Origin: a virus
Taxonomy: Duplodnaviria; Caudoviricetes
Reading direction: 5' to 3' (one strand)
IMG/VR virus record: IMGVR_UViG_3300013121_000046
Length of the DNA stretch: 64,000 bases
The notes beneath the pieces were generated by a model. That model was not told the DNA's origin, made no database searches, and worked only from the letters and a program-made list of their open reading frames with translations. Positions 55,401-64,000 of this stretch are shown here, piece after piece (position 1 is the first letter of the stretch; each line of letters starts with the position of its first letter). The position numbers were made by a program, and so were the translations under genes.

Positions 55401-58400
55401 AGGTTATCGTAGAACTACCCGGGATAGCCACCCCGTCTGAATCCTCCTCCGGCCAAGGTAGGCCCTCATCAATATTTGCCACATCCCCGGCAATCTCACC
55501 CCACACCCCATCAACACTAGTGGGGATGAGCTTAGCGTCTTCCAAGAATAGGGGGACACCTTGGCATAATAAATCCACTGCTGACATTTTTACTGTCGCA
55601 GTAGTGCCACCATAGTTGGTAAAGATAACCTTTACCGTCATTGCATCTAAATTCTGATCCGTCCAAGGTACAGTCTCAGATAGCCAAACCACTTTAGTCA
55701 GAGTGTAGTCTTCCACTGACAAGTACTGACTTCCTGTGTCCTCTAGTGTGTTATTAGGATATTCCAGAGTTGTTCTAACCGCCACCGATGTACCAGCACT
55801 AGCATAGGCTCTTACTCTAGAAGTTATGTACTTCCATTGGGCACTAATCGGAACATTAGAAAGATCATATACAACTTCCCGACTTTCCCCAGCGGGGATA
55901 GTTATGGTGGCAAAGGTCGTATCATCTTCATCATCTGGATCAGTGTCTACATCTAGATATCCGTAAGCTGCGGGAGAATCTGAATACACAAAACCAGAAT
56001 CTGTTGACTCAATGCCCACAGGAAAAAGCCTGAAAGGGGAAACTTCTGGAAGAGGACGAATTAAATTCCCCGCCACCAAAGCATCCACCTCAAAAATCTC
56101 TACAGCATTCAATTCACTCTGACCTCCAGAAGTGAATGCGGAAACCTGAATTACCAAAGACCGAAGCTGCCCCAGAGTCCAACTACCCTCCCAAGAGTAA
56201 GCAAAATTATTTGTGAGAGTTGAGAGGCCATTCTCGGTAGAAACTAACCAAGGATCCCCAATTGCCTCCCCTTCCACATAAGGTTGGAAGCTAACAGTTG
56301 GGTCTTGAACATCCCTAGTTAAAGCCATCCTAATACGGATAGTGATGGCCGTAAATAAAGCAGTAGCTATTGGATCAGTCATACTGAACTCAATAGCACC
56401 CAGCGCAGTCAAAGGGGCAGGCCCAAAGGTGATCGACATGCTAGTCGAATCGTCCGGACTTGAGACCTCAGAGTTTACATCACTCCAAGTACCTGAAACT
56501 GTTCCTGAAGATCTTAAGATGGCATCTGGAACCAAAGTTTCAACAATGGTCGAGACTTGAGGCTCCGTAACCGGTGGGGAGGGTGGAGAGTAGGCTGGAG
56601 GAGACTCCGGAGGGCCTTGAACTAAGAGTGTTGCCCGAACTCGATCTAAAAATCCATCATACCCTAGACCAGACACATCAATAGCATAGGTTCCTTCTTC
56701 TACCTCTTGGGTAGTCACCTGCAAGGTAGTGGTTTTCTCCAACCCTCCCGGAGTTATTTGATAAGAAGGAGTCAAGACGGTGGTAATATCTGCTTCTGGA
56801 GATACTTCCGCAGAATAAGCTACCGTAGTTGTGCCTAAAGGAGCTAAAGTCTTGATGATAAAAGTAGTAGTCCCTGACGTTGGGACAGTCTGTACATCTG
56901 GGACGGCATTCAAAAAGAATTCAGTTGAGCCCAAGGGTGACGGTGGCAAAGGTGGCAAAAGGGGCGGAGGAGCATTATTCACATAGAAATTAAGTATGCC
57001 TGAAGCTCCCGATCCAGAGCTATTTGAGGCATTTATAACCACCACAAATCGGGCTACCGAGCCAAAAGGAGCCTCCGGGGTGGCGGTGACTGTGAGAGTT
57101 AGGGCTACAGACTGTTCAGGGGTAATCTCAAAGCTACTTATATCAAAAGTAGCTACCACTCCCGGATGCGTACCCACGAAATTAACTTGCGGAATGGCTA
57201 TTCCCTCATAGCCATTCGAGGTAACTGTAATAGCGTATTCGGCCGAAGAAGGATCCACTACATCGGTTGGTTCAACTTCTACATCAAACAGGCCAACAAT
57301 CGGTGGGGTTGTACTTCCGGGTGGGCTGCCTGGAATAGGCGGTTGCTCCATAGCCAACAGTTCAACCGCATCAATAATGACCCAAGGTGTCGCCGAATTT
57401 CTATTTTGCTTGCCAACTACTTTAGCCTCAAGAACCGAAGTAACTTCTTCCAGTTGTTCTTTCTCGAAAGTACCGGTCCAAAGTAAATCGTAATCTTCGT
57501 AGTCCGTACCCAGAGTCGGTGTAGTTTGTGAGGACCCTAGTGGGGTACCATTTACTAACAGTCGAGCATCCAAACGAACATCTGGAAGTGGTACAGATGT
57601 TAATTGCGCCTGCACATCCCCCAACGTGACCGTAGTGTTTTCCGCATCCTCATCACTAGTAGAGGTTTCAAACTTGGGGGTAATTTTTATAGCTAAGTCC
57701 GCCAACTCCTCATAAAACCATAAACCTCTCCAAACTAGTTCATATTTAACCAAAGTATCAGTTAATGGTAAAACTGATTTATCTACCGTACCCGTTAACG
57801 GGGAGAAACCAGAGGTTGGTCGGCAAACCAGGACGACCTTAGGATCATCCTCTGAACTTTTCTTCGCAGTAAGCTTTATCCGAACTTCCGTCCAAGGTCC
57901 GGGCCCATCCGGTTCGGGAAAACCTAAAACCAGGGTGCTCGAATTTCCGGAATACTTTCCCGGAGAGGTGATTACTGTAGCATCAGATAACGATAAAGAA
58001 CCGGTTAGCTTACTGAACAGTGGGGGAGAACCCCAATAGGCTCGAAGTTTATCCTCATCAGGAAGCAGGGTCTGAGTCGTAACATCTTCTAAAGGTTCTG
58101 TCAGAGGTTCTGGTAGATCCGTAACTTCTACCACCCCACCGGTATCTTCCAACCTAAAAATATCCGTATCAACTCTAACCGGAACGGCAAAAACAACCAG
58201 TGGCACCTTACCTGAAGTTCGCTGTCCCAAACCATCCGTGAAATGAATCTGTAATAGATACTCACCGGCTGAGGTGGGAGTACCAGACAAGATACCCGTG
58301 AGTACATCGAAACTCAGCCCAGCCGGTATTCCTGAGTCCCCCGATATAGCCCCAGTAATCTGCCATCTTGAGGGCGTACTAGAAACAGTTACTCCCGAAG

Positions 58401-60066
58401 ATTCCAAGGCTAGTGTCGCTGAATACTCTACACCAACAAAAGCCGAGGCTAAGGGTTCCTCCGAAATCTTAGGATATTGAAGAGCCTCCCCGACATAAGC
58501 CGGTTTGACATTCAAAATCAGAGATTCCAAACAGGTTGAGTAATCACATCGACGAGCTAGATAGTCAACAGTATAAGTTCCCTCTGGGACATTATAACAA
58601 TTCAGAGTCGAAGATGTTGTTTTAGGGTATCCGCCTGCTTGTACCGGAATAGATTCCCGGTCAATCGTAACTACGATCTTAGGCGTATCATCTGTAGGAC
58701 AGGGCGGGGAAGTGGCTTCCACTAAGGCAACTAATTGACCTGAATCTCCGATACTAGCTTGCGGGTTCTGATAGTAGGTGATAGTAAAGGTAGCTTCCTC
58801 GGAACCTCCGGGATAGGTTAACCTTACCCGGAAGTAATCAGAATCTACCGTACCAGCCCAGAAGGGATCGAAGTCCGTTAATTCATATGAGAAATGTCCG
58901 CCCTCAGCTATTTCACTAACCAAGCTCCCGTAGTATGGCCCCTCTAGAACTTCCCAAGTCTGCGGAGTAAGTAAGAAACCGTTTATCGGTATATCAAAAG
59001 CGGAAACAGAATACCCCTGAAACGGCAACTCTCTATAAAATGTTGTGTCCGATATAAAGTTTCTAGATCCCCCAGTACCACACTCTGCCGGTATAGGCAA
59101 CAGAGTGATAGGGGGAGAAACTGGAGGTGGGGGTGGAGGACTTGGTGGCGGTGGCGAGAATGGGGGTGGAGGTGGGGGTGAGACTGGCGGTGGGGACGGT
59201 GACGGTGGTGGGCTTGGTACCACTGATGACTTGTAAAGTGTAGCATTCAGGTCATTCAGACTGGTCGCAACAGCCAAAGTATCATAAGAACCGTTAACAC
59301 TCGTAGGATCCAAAACCGCTCGGATGGTTACTTGTAGGTTATCTATCTGGGTGTCTGTCCAAAGTTGTCCCGAAGGAGCAAAAAAGGAAACTACCGTCGA
59401 AGCGTTAGTAATGAATTGACCCGAAGTTTGATTAGTCCATACAGTCCCTAAAGTCTGCCCAAAATACCCAAACCTCATAGTAGGGGTATTGATTAGGTTT
59501 AAGTCTACGCCCTTATAACCAACTAGAGAACCGAGGCCAGAGGGTGCCGGATTCCAGATAATCGTTCCTGGAATATTAATTGAGATATCAATGTACGCTG
59601 CGGTAATACATCTCGGTGGTGAGGGACTTGAGGGTGATCCCCAAACTGCCAGTATATAGTAAAGGGCAGACAAATTTATATCTAATTGGTCGTATAAAGC
59701 AGCCCCACCAATACTTTGAAGAGTGTGATTACTGTCCGAAAGACTACTAGATGCTGCATCAGATCTAAGTCTAAAACTTAAGCTAGTTTCATAGTGTGCT
59801 GTAGGTGCTGGATAAGGAAAATGTCTGTAATTATTTGCAGAATTTGCCGGCCATGTGCCTATAGCAAATTGAAGGGGGAAGTTCTGAGTAAATGTCCTAT
59901 TTGATCCACCCCGTAAAGCATGACAAATCTGTGATGGATACTGAGTGCCAGACCCTATAACAACCCACGCATAATCTCCGGCTGGCTGAACACCAGCGGC
60001 TGGAATGGGGGTAGATGTAGGAGTCCCTATATCTACAAAAGGATAAAGAATTTCTGTGGTAGGCAT
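52411..60066 (-). CDS. giant (2551 aa) acidic virion surface/fibre protein with putative Ig domains, beta-sandwich repeats and extensin-like SPPPP linkers
   Basis: IPAGLSFDVLTGILSGTPTSAGEY and GQPPYSWGILSGTIPPGTSFSSTGVLSGTP (He_PIG-like); repeated W(T/S)xxQ(I/L)xxLxV modules; three long SP3-5 tracts. Confidence 0.8.
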   Translation of the reverse strand: MPTTEILYPFVDIGTPTSTPIPAAGVQPAGDYAWVVIGSGTQYPSQICHALRGGSNRTFTQNFPLQFAIGTWPANSANNYRHFPYPAPTAHYETSLSFRLRSDAASSSLSDSNHTLQSIGGAALYDQLDINLSALYYILAVWGSPSSPSPPRCITAAYIDISINIPGTIIWNPAPSGLGSLVGYKGVDLNLINTPTMRFGYFGQTLGTVWTNQTSGQFITNASTVVSFFAPSGQLWTDTQIDNLQVTIRAVLDPTSVNGSYDTLAVATSLNDLNATLYKSSVVPSPPPSPSPPPVSPPPPPPFSPPPPSPPPPPPVSPPITLLPIPAECGTGGSRNFISDTTFYRELPFQGYSVSAFDIPINGFLLTPQTWEVLEGPYYGSLVSEIAEGGHFSYELTDFDPFWAGTVDSDYFRVRLTYPGGSEEATFTITYYQNPQASIGDSGQLVALVEATSPPCPTDDTPKIVVTIDRESIPVQAGGYPKTTSSTLNCYNVPEGTYTVDYLARRCDYSTCLESLILNVKPAYVGEALQYPKISEEPLASAFVGVEYSATLALESSGVTVSSTPSRWQITGAISGDSGIPAGLSFDVLTGILSGTPTSAGEYLLQIHFTDGLGQRTSGKVPLVVFAVPVRVDTDIFRLEDTGGVVEVTDLPEPLTEPLEDVTTQTLLPDEDKLRAYWGSPPLFSKLTGSLSLSDATVITSPGKYSGNSSTLVLGFPEPDGPGPWTEVRIKLTAKKSSEDDPKVVLVCRPTSGFSPLTGTVDKSVLPLTDTLVKYELVWRGLWFYEELADLAIKITPKFETSTSDEDAENTTVTLGDVQAQLTSVPLPDVRLDARLLVNGTPLGSSQTTPTLGTDYEDYDLLWTGTFEKEQLEEVTSVLEAKVVGKQNRNSATPWVIIDAVELLAMEQPPIPGSPPGSTTPPIVGLFDVEVEPTDVVDPSSAEYAITVTSNGYEGIAIPQVNFVGTHPGVVATFDISSFEITPEQSVALTLTVTATPEAPFGSVARFVVVINASNSSGSGASGILNFYVNNAPPPLLPPLPPSPLGSTEFFLNAVPDVQTVPTSGTTTFIIKTLAPLGTTTVAYSAEVSPEADITTVLTPSYQITPGGLEKTTTLQVTTQEVEEGTYAIDVSGLGYDGFLDRVRATLLVQGPPESPPAYSPPSPPVTEPQVSTIVETLVPDAILRSSGTVSGTWSDVNSEVSSPDDSTSMSITFGPAPLTALGAIEFSMTDPIATALFTAITIRIRMALTRDVQDPTVSFQPYVEGEAIGDPWLVSTENGLSTLTNNFAYSWEGSWTLGQLRSLVIQVSAFTSGGQSELNAVEIFEVDALVAGNLIRPLPEVSPFRLFPVGIESTDSGFVYSDSPAAYGYLDVDTDPDDEDDTTFATITIPAGESREVVYDLSNVPISAQWKYITSRVRAYASAGTSVAVRTTLEYPNNTLEDTGSQYLSVEDYTLTKVVWLSETVPWTDQNLDAMTVKVIFTNYGGTTATVKMSAVDLLCQGVPLFLEDAKLIPTSVDGVWGEIAGDVANIDEGLPWPEEDSDGVAIPGSSTITYPDPLPDVVLLPPGADFNPPDYTDYMYIPLTDEEQTTLVTFGLSDVPEGAVTAPFLSPPPGPPGAPPSPEAYLLTALDYYTGIRIRIALGQDAAIPESPVTVSPITLPLEIPDFVDSVLPNGTVDTEYDAVTGQHGVSVDDRDTAAGFVFQVEGGVPPYTWNTFLVETQGEALGGLPPGITVKVDPEDSSRFLYSPLETDLSDENYNEYDIPTAVGLFQFGLSVQDSAYTGLTFTVFHRIQAEPTPSPPSPPPSPSPPPPPSPPPPPSPPPSPPGSPQSLVLCFGGLEYNSELVPPQWVCPGQDPREPYTFSTTGQSQYLSVTLYEQAGVSRTDLQWDSVQVSDSGLDPFEVAFYANSEEDPPPTDIGANENISLVMKITYLGAETPDSGTITALVGSLLPSEASDSEPVYWSVLTGIQIITEDPLPTAPVGVAVSLQFQAINGQPPYSWGILSGTIPPGTSFSSTGVLSGTPVSAGLYNFQVGVVDSRGTVSSKTFTIAISSVVSPPPPSPSPPSPPPSPPSPPPPSPPPPPSPSPPPSPEYSQPSPEISVRIQPLIAENQDGSGQMFGLGAKTIEGFTIPRKEGDELSFDIYELSWFGTWSDAQIRSAQVAVEAYLREPIGVDSSNTLFIAAMDVIVSRALKSVISVWPASTKPEGRIKWLSERTLGSDLSIPDDAVNYGTYNYGCWQDGDTLLYGTEGETLGKIESIAGTAHKGGVNQQAANSVLDRYEIYGWLDRNGDEQADDRDYQTVNVAYLASSIGALDTEFLVRNIYALQDDKSKPKIGLLIDNELIQIDSTVNMDYPGQRVYSPLDEGGAPIEETKIVRGANETQPAVHLAGTPIFVVPFWEKVYSVQIGGGEDISGDADLTNPEYDVNSQGFTPLGVQEGAVGWNTAPETDNGTPGELLQNGPLDLRAISGEHPIRWLLRLRVVDIFGLTTETNMDISSRPDTFTSYGPNAFFGPSGDDTKQVPNKRVLYVKQARQPDPPTFRNSQ
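53780..53887. repeat. extensin-like Ser-Pro tract (coding)
   Basis: [36 protein letters not shown]. Confidence 0.85.
54580..54670. repeat. extensin-like Ser-Pro tract (coding)
   Basis: [34 protein letters not shown]. Confidence 0.85.
59110..59220. repeat. extensin-like Ser-Pro tract (coding)
   Basis: [36 protein letters not shown]. Confidence 0.85.
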
Positions 60067-60067
60067 A

Positions 60068-61609
60068 TTACACGACGTTAAAGGTAAAAAGCTTAGCTGC
60101 GTAAGTACCAGTCTCTGACCGAACCCAAATCAATGCCTGGCTAGATGTTACTGGACCTGTAATACCGCCAGTAACCGGATGAATTATTCCTGAAGAAAGA
60201 AACTGCAAGTTGTGCGAATGCAGAAATAGTGCCCCATTCGTAAACCATTGAAGACTCCCTGAGGGAGCGTTATCCGTACTCAAAGTAATGTTTGAGGTAC
60301 TGCCCCGAGTGAGGGTGATAGTCTCCGAAGTTGAGATTATAAAATCATCCACAGAACCTACACCAGAAGTCAAATTCAAGGTGATGGGACTTACACCTAA
60401 AGCCTGCCCTGATGTAGATGTTACCGCAATATTATATGATTCCACCATAGCTTCGGCTGGTTCAGTAACTTTTAGAGCAACAGCAATCTCCTTAGACTCC
60501 TTACCAGATAAGGTAAAACTGGGATAACTAAAACTTAGTTCCGTTGTAGAAGTATTACCAGAAGAAATCACAAAGCCCTGCTGAGTGTGTGAATTATTTG
60601 TTACCGTTATCTTCGAGGTTAGGTCGTAGGAACCTATATCACGGATAAACGTATTTGGTGAGGCCGTAATTGTTATCAGAGACTCGGAAGCTACCGCCCC
60701 CTTTGGCTCAAACACAATTGGGACACTTCCCGAACGACCCTCGGCTCGAAGTCGAATCACCTCCACAACATCCTGGGTGGGAAATAGGGATGGGCCGGGG
60801 GTTACCTTTAACCCTGTAACTACTTCTCCAGTGTAGGTCCCAGTCTCTGCATCGGCAAAAACATTGATGGTATCTGGAACCACACTAAGACCAAACGTTG
60901 TCCCCCCCGATGTTCGACCCGAAACGGCCTGAATCCGGATTGGGCTAGTAGACGGGCGAGAAGCTTCTATTGCTCTAGGTAAAACTTCTTTAACAGTCGC
61001 GGTCGCAGAAGCTTCAACCGGAACATCAGCTTCCTCCGGAGGAGTCGGAGGAACGAACTTTGAGATACTACTTGTAACAGATACCTTAACATTGTACAAA
61101 CGAAGACTGGCATAGCCCCTAGCTGAAACTGCGTATAGCCTCAAAGCCAGTTTAGAAAAATCCCAATCAGTAGCATCAACCTTGGCTAATTGAAAATCAA
61201 CAGCGACCCCCACTGGTTTTCGTACTGGATACTCAGAGGCCTGTAAAAGTAAATTCTGAGTATGTGCTAAAATTTCCCCTAACCAAGGTTTCTCTCCAGG
61301 TAGATATAATATAGCCTGCACTTGAATGGGCTTCCCTGACCATTCGTAAAGTACCTTTGCGGATAAACTTGCCCTAAGTATCTTAGCCTCATCAGAAAAA
61401 ATTCCTGAGACCGGAGCCAAACCTACCGCAAAATGTCTGGGTCCCCCAAGCTCTTGCGCCTTCCACTGAGTTGAGATACTCTTAGAAAAACTATCCTCCC
61501 TCAGAATGGGAGATATCGGTGTGGGAACCCAAGCGGAAACGAGGGAATCTCCTTGCCGAACCTTACTACAGTAAACATCGGAACTAGGCAAAAACAATAT
61601 TTGAGTCAT
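60068..61609 (-). CDS. virion protein with beta-sandwich and Ig-like domains
   Basis: Likely ATG at 61609 (MTQILFLPSSD) just after the upstream stop; Ser/Thr-rich Ig-like repeats. Confidence 0.65.
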   Translation of the reverse strand: MTQILFLPSSDVYCSKVRQGDSLVSAWVPTPISPILREDSFSKSISTQWKAQELGGPRHFAVGLAPVSGIFSDEAKILRASLSAKVLYEWSGKPIQVQAILYLPGEKPWLGEILAHTQNLLLQASEYPVRKPVGVAVDFQLAKVDATDWDFSKLALRLYAVSARGYASLRLYNVKVSVTSSISKFVPPTPPEEADVPVEASATATVKEVLPRAIEASRPSTSPIRIQAVSGRTSGGTTFGLSVVPDTINVFADAETGTYTGEVVTGLKVTPGPSLFPTQDVVEVIRLRAEGRSGSVPIVFEPKGAVASESLITITASPNTFIRDIGSYDLTSKITVTNNSHTQQGFVISSGNTSTTELSFSYPSFTLSGKESKEIAVALKVTEPAEAMVESYNIAVTSTSGQALGVSPITLNLTSGVGSVDDFIISTSETITLTRGSTSNITLSTDNAPSGSLQWFTNGALFLHSHNLQFLSSGIIHPVTGGITGPVTSSQALIWVRSETGTYAAKLFTFNVV

Positions 61610-61611
61610 AA

Positions 61612-64000
61612 CTAAATACCTGTCCCCTGGTAAGTCCAAGGAATTTCTAATCTTTTACCAGCATCTGAATAATCCAAATAAATGGCATCGAACTCGATGG
61701 ATTCTCCAGATCCAGCCGTTACAGTTAGGGACACTTGAATATCCCCAGTCGAGGTTGGTTTCCAGTATCCGCCCTCTGATTCTACCTGCAACCACTCGCA
61801 ATCGGCTGGATCATCTGGAATGTCACCACCTGAAAAACTTTTTTCACCTATCATGGTACCGAGATATAAAATCTTAGCAGACAGTGTAGGAGAACCAACT
61901 TTTCTACATAAAATATGTAACGTAATACCCCCGATATAGTCAAAACTAGACACCGGGAAGTTAAAGCACTGGATCAACCCAGAGTCACCGTTATCCCCAG
62001 AGGCAGTTACTGTATCTACCGGAGTTACTGACCCTCCAGTATCAGTAATGGCGTCATCTAAATCCGTGTAACTCTTTCCCCCGTTAACAAAATCATCCCA
62101 AACTTCCGTTGGTATCGCTGCGGGTCTCACAATCTCAGTTGAGGGAACATCCTGAACTAATTTAATAGTTAGTAGACCCACTTCCGCCATCGCTGGATAC
62201 GGGTTATCCCCACTGCCCGCCTGGGCATATACAGAAAGAGTTAACGTCTCGGAATCCGCGACTGTTTGTGGGTTACCATCCTCAATAGCAACGGTCGCCT
62301 CTCCTGTAATATAGGCAGATAGGGTAGCATCCCCACCGCTAATATTTGTTGCAGTAACCGTTAGTATCTCCTGAGTGGGTGTCACCCCACAAGTTCCCAA
62401 AGAACCGCAAGAATACAACTCAACCTCAGTTTCTGAAGCCGTTAGATCTAAACCGGAAGAAGTCAAGGCGTCTGGGGGTGTCGGAGAATCTCCACCTGTA
62501 GCCTCAGCGGTACCTATAGCATAAGCCCGAACAGCATCTACCTGAATATAAGTTGTCTCTGATGTAACATGAGTTTCTTCTCCCACCAAAGTTACCCTTA
62601 GATCCTGTACCTGAGCGAGCGTCAGGGGGGGATCATGGGTCCAAATCGCTTGGTACTCCTCGAAATCACTCGTCAGAGGACCTAAAACAGTAACAGCCCC
62701 ATAATTAGTATTAACTGCTAACTGATTAGGCACCAGTGAAGTGCTGACCTTTCGGGCTCTCACCAAAAGACGAATTTCATCGAAGGTATTGGTGACGTTT
62801 ATTAAAGATAAAGGAGACTGGTCAGATCTAATTTCTGACCACATAGCCATGTAGAGAGTTAACTGATTAGCCTCAGAAGGATCAGTCTGTGCCCACAGTC
62901 CATCCGAATTAGTACCATCAGTTGAATCTCCCAACCTAGCATATGCTAATTCCTCAGGAGTCCAACCTGTACTAACATAATCTCCACTAGGGGTTAAAAT
63001 GTCATAGATTTCCGCTATCGAGGCCTCTGAAGATGCTGGTTGTCCCGGGCAATTTGGCAAGACTTGCACCCTAAGGAAATCAATATCTAACTCCGGGGAA
63101 TCCGAATTATACGAGAGAACCTCAGGGATAATATTCACTTCCAACTTAGACATGTCCGAATCTGTCCACCGCCCAGACCAGGTATTTTGGAACAGTGCAT
63201 ACTTGTCAGTCAACAGTTGATGCACTGTGGTCTCTTCCGCAGATTCCCAAGCCGCATTCCCTCTTAAGCGTAATTTTAAGAACATTGATGAGGTTAGTAC
63301 CTCCCGAAGCTGACCCTCCTGTACCTGAAGTTTGATCGGATTATGACCCGTTGCTGGTCCTTTCTCGGAGGGGTTGAAATACCCCGGTGAGGTAAGCTCC
63401 ACAGAGAGCGTGTAGATTCCGGTAGGAGTACTTGAATTCTGATTTAGAGCCACAGAATAGTAAATAGATACTTCTTCACCGTCTAAGATATCTACAGTTA
63501 CAGAATCAGAGTACGTACTGCTATCCAAACTAACTTGAGTCAGTATCGTAGCTTCATCGGCTCTAATAGAGACTGTAACTTCCCCGTTAAGGCCTGTGGA
63601 ACGCAATATTGCTGTACCATAAAAATACTCACAACAATCCACACGACCCGAAAGACTTGAATCCACCTCCAAAGGATCAAATGTTAAAGTGAAAGAGGGT
63701 ACTTGAGCCACATATGTAACATCCACCCCCACCGAGGTTACGTATACCCGAGGAACTGCTAATTCAAGTTCAAACTGCCGACTAAAAACATCAGCAAAGT
63801 TACTCCAAGAGTCTACCACAAGGGTATAGGCCCCTACTCCAGATGTTACATATGCTCCGTAGTAATCCTGTAGAGTATCAGTTACATTCTCCTTAATAAT
63901 CCCATTAACCCCATCCGTAGCCGCATCCGCCGCTTGTCTAGCTGTATATAAAAGACTGTTCTTATCGTACTCAGAACCTCCGGTAGGATAACCTTGTTGA
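61612..64000 (-). CDS. large acidic virion surface protein, C-terminal part; start lies beyond the window
   Basis: The frame stays open from 63999 (QQGYPTGGSEYDKNSLLYTAR...) into the ORF-track protein; carries the same beta-sandwich repeats (RWTDSDMSKLEVNI, PLTLAQVQDLRVTL). Confidence 0.75.
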   Translation of the reverse strand, partial: QQGYPTGGSEYDKNSLLYTARQAADAATDGVNGIIKENVTDTLQDYYGAYVTSGVGAYTLVVDSWSNFADVFSRQFELELAVPRVYVTSVGVDVTYVAQVPSFTLTFDPLEVDSSLSGRVDCCEYFYGTAILRSTGLNGEVTVSIRADEATILTQVSLDSSTYSDSVTVDILDGEEVSIYYSVALNQNSSTPTGIYTLSVELTSPGYFNPSEKGPATGHNPIKLQVQEGQLREVLTSSMFLKLRLRGNAAWESAEETTVHQLLTDKYALFQNTWSGRWTDSDMSKLEVNIIPEVLSYNSDSPELDIDFLRVQVLPNCPGQPASSEASIAEIYDILTPSGDYVSTGWTPEELAYARLGDSTDGTNSDGLWAQTDPSEANQLTLYMAMWSEIRSDQSPLSLINVTNTFDEIRLLVRARKVSTSLVPNQLAVNTNYGAVTVLGPLTSDFEEYQAIWTHDPPLTLAQVQDLRVTLVGEETHVTSETTYIQVDAVRAYAIGTAEATGGDSPTPPDALTSSGLDLTASETEVELYSCGSLGTCGVTPTQEILTVTATNISGGDATLSAYITGEATVAIEDGNPQTVADSETLTLSVYAQAGSGDNPYPAMAEVGLLTIKLVQDVPSTEIVRPAAIPTEVWDDFVNGGKSYTDLDDAITDTGGSVTPVDTVTASGDNGDSGLIQCFNFPVSSFDYIGGITLHILCRKVGSPTLSAKILYLGTMIGEKSFSGGDIPDDPADCEWLQVESEGGYWKPTSTGDIQVSLTVTAGSGESIEFDAIYLDYSDAGKRLEIPWTYQGTGI

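Noticed and set aside
52411-60066. Plant/algal or giant-virus origin suggested by the extensin-like repeats
   Set aside because: No introns; Shine-Dalgarno sites, sigma70 promoters, sigma factors, CsrA, GroES, DnaB and RecA all indicate a bacterial virus.
458-60527. Plus-strand ORFs in the track (e.g. 458..721, 14680..15171, 29229..29603, 34920..35306)
   Set aside because: Almost all are short antisense shadows of longer minus-strand genes with recognisable motifs; none has a convincing motif of its own.
1-64000. Stop-codon reassignment (code 15 or 4)
   Set aside because: Conserved genes are full length in code 11, and TAG, TGA and TAA all end genes that abut the next start.

Overview
This 64 kb window looks like part of a large (jumbo-type) tailed dsDNA phage genome. 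It is gene-dense, essentially every credible gene is on the minus strand, and it uses the standard code with Shine-Dalgarno sites, sigma70-like promoters and intrinsic terminators. Read in transcription direction (right to left): (1) ~45.9-64 kb, giant acidic surface/virion proteins with putative-Ig and beta-sandwich repeats and plant-extensin-like SPPP(P) linkers. (2) ~34.9-45.9 kb, a replication/transcription block: SNF2 helicase, degenerate DnaC-like loader, DnaB, CsrA, stand-alone primase Zn finger, a family A DNA polymerase split into two genes around an HhH (OGG-like) glycosylase, two unusual sigma70-like proteins and a COG4112 Nudix-like protein. (3) ~31.2-34.4 kb, a GC-richer adhesin cassette. 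(4) ~23.5-31 kb, probable internal virion proteins, including a Nudix-DUF5661 fusion. (5) ~16.8-23.5 kb, a glycosyltransferase/methyltransferase/phosphoesterase cluster. (6) ~0-16.8 kb, recombination and accessory genes: Dda/RecD helicase, GroES, SSB, RuvC, nucleoside deoxyribosyltransferase, PnuC-like, RecA, DUF6065, SbcC/Rad50. Main candidates for novelty: the split PolA with an in-frame glycosylase insert and an Fe-S-like motif; several apparently catalytically dead enzymes kept as intact ORFs (a mini-PolA, a stand-alone intein, a DnaC-like and a Cas4-like protein); and a possible extensin-like virion glycosylation system. All family calls come from recognising motifs by eye; no database search was run.
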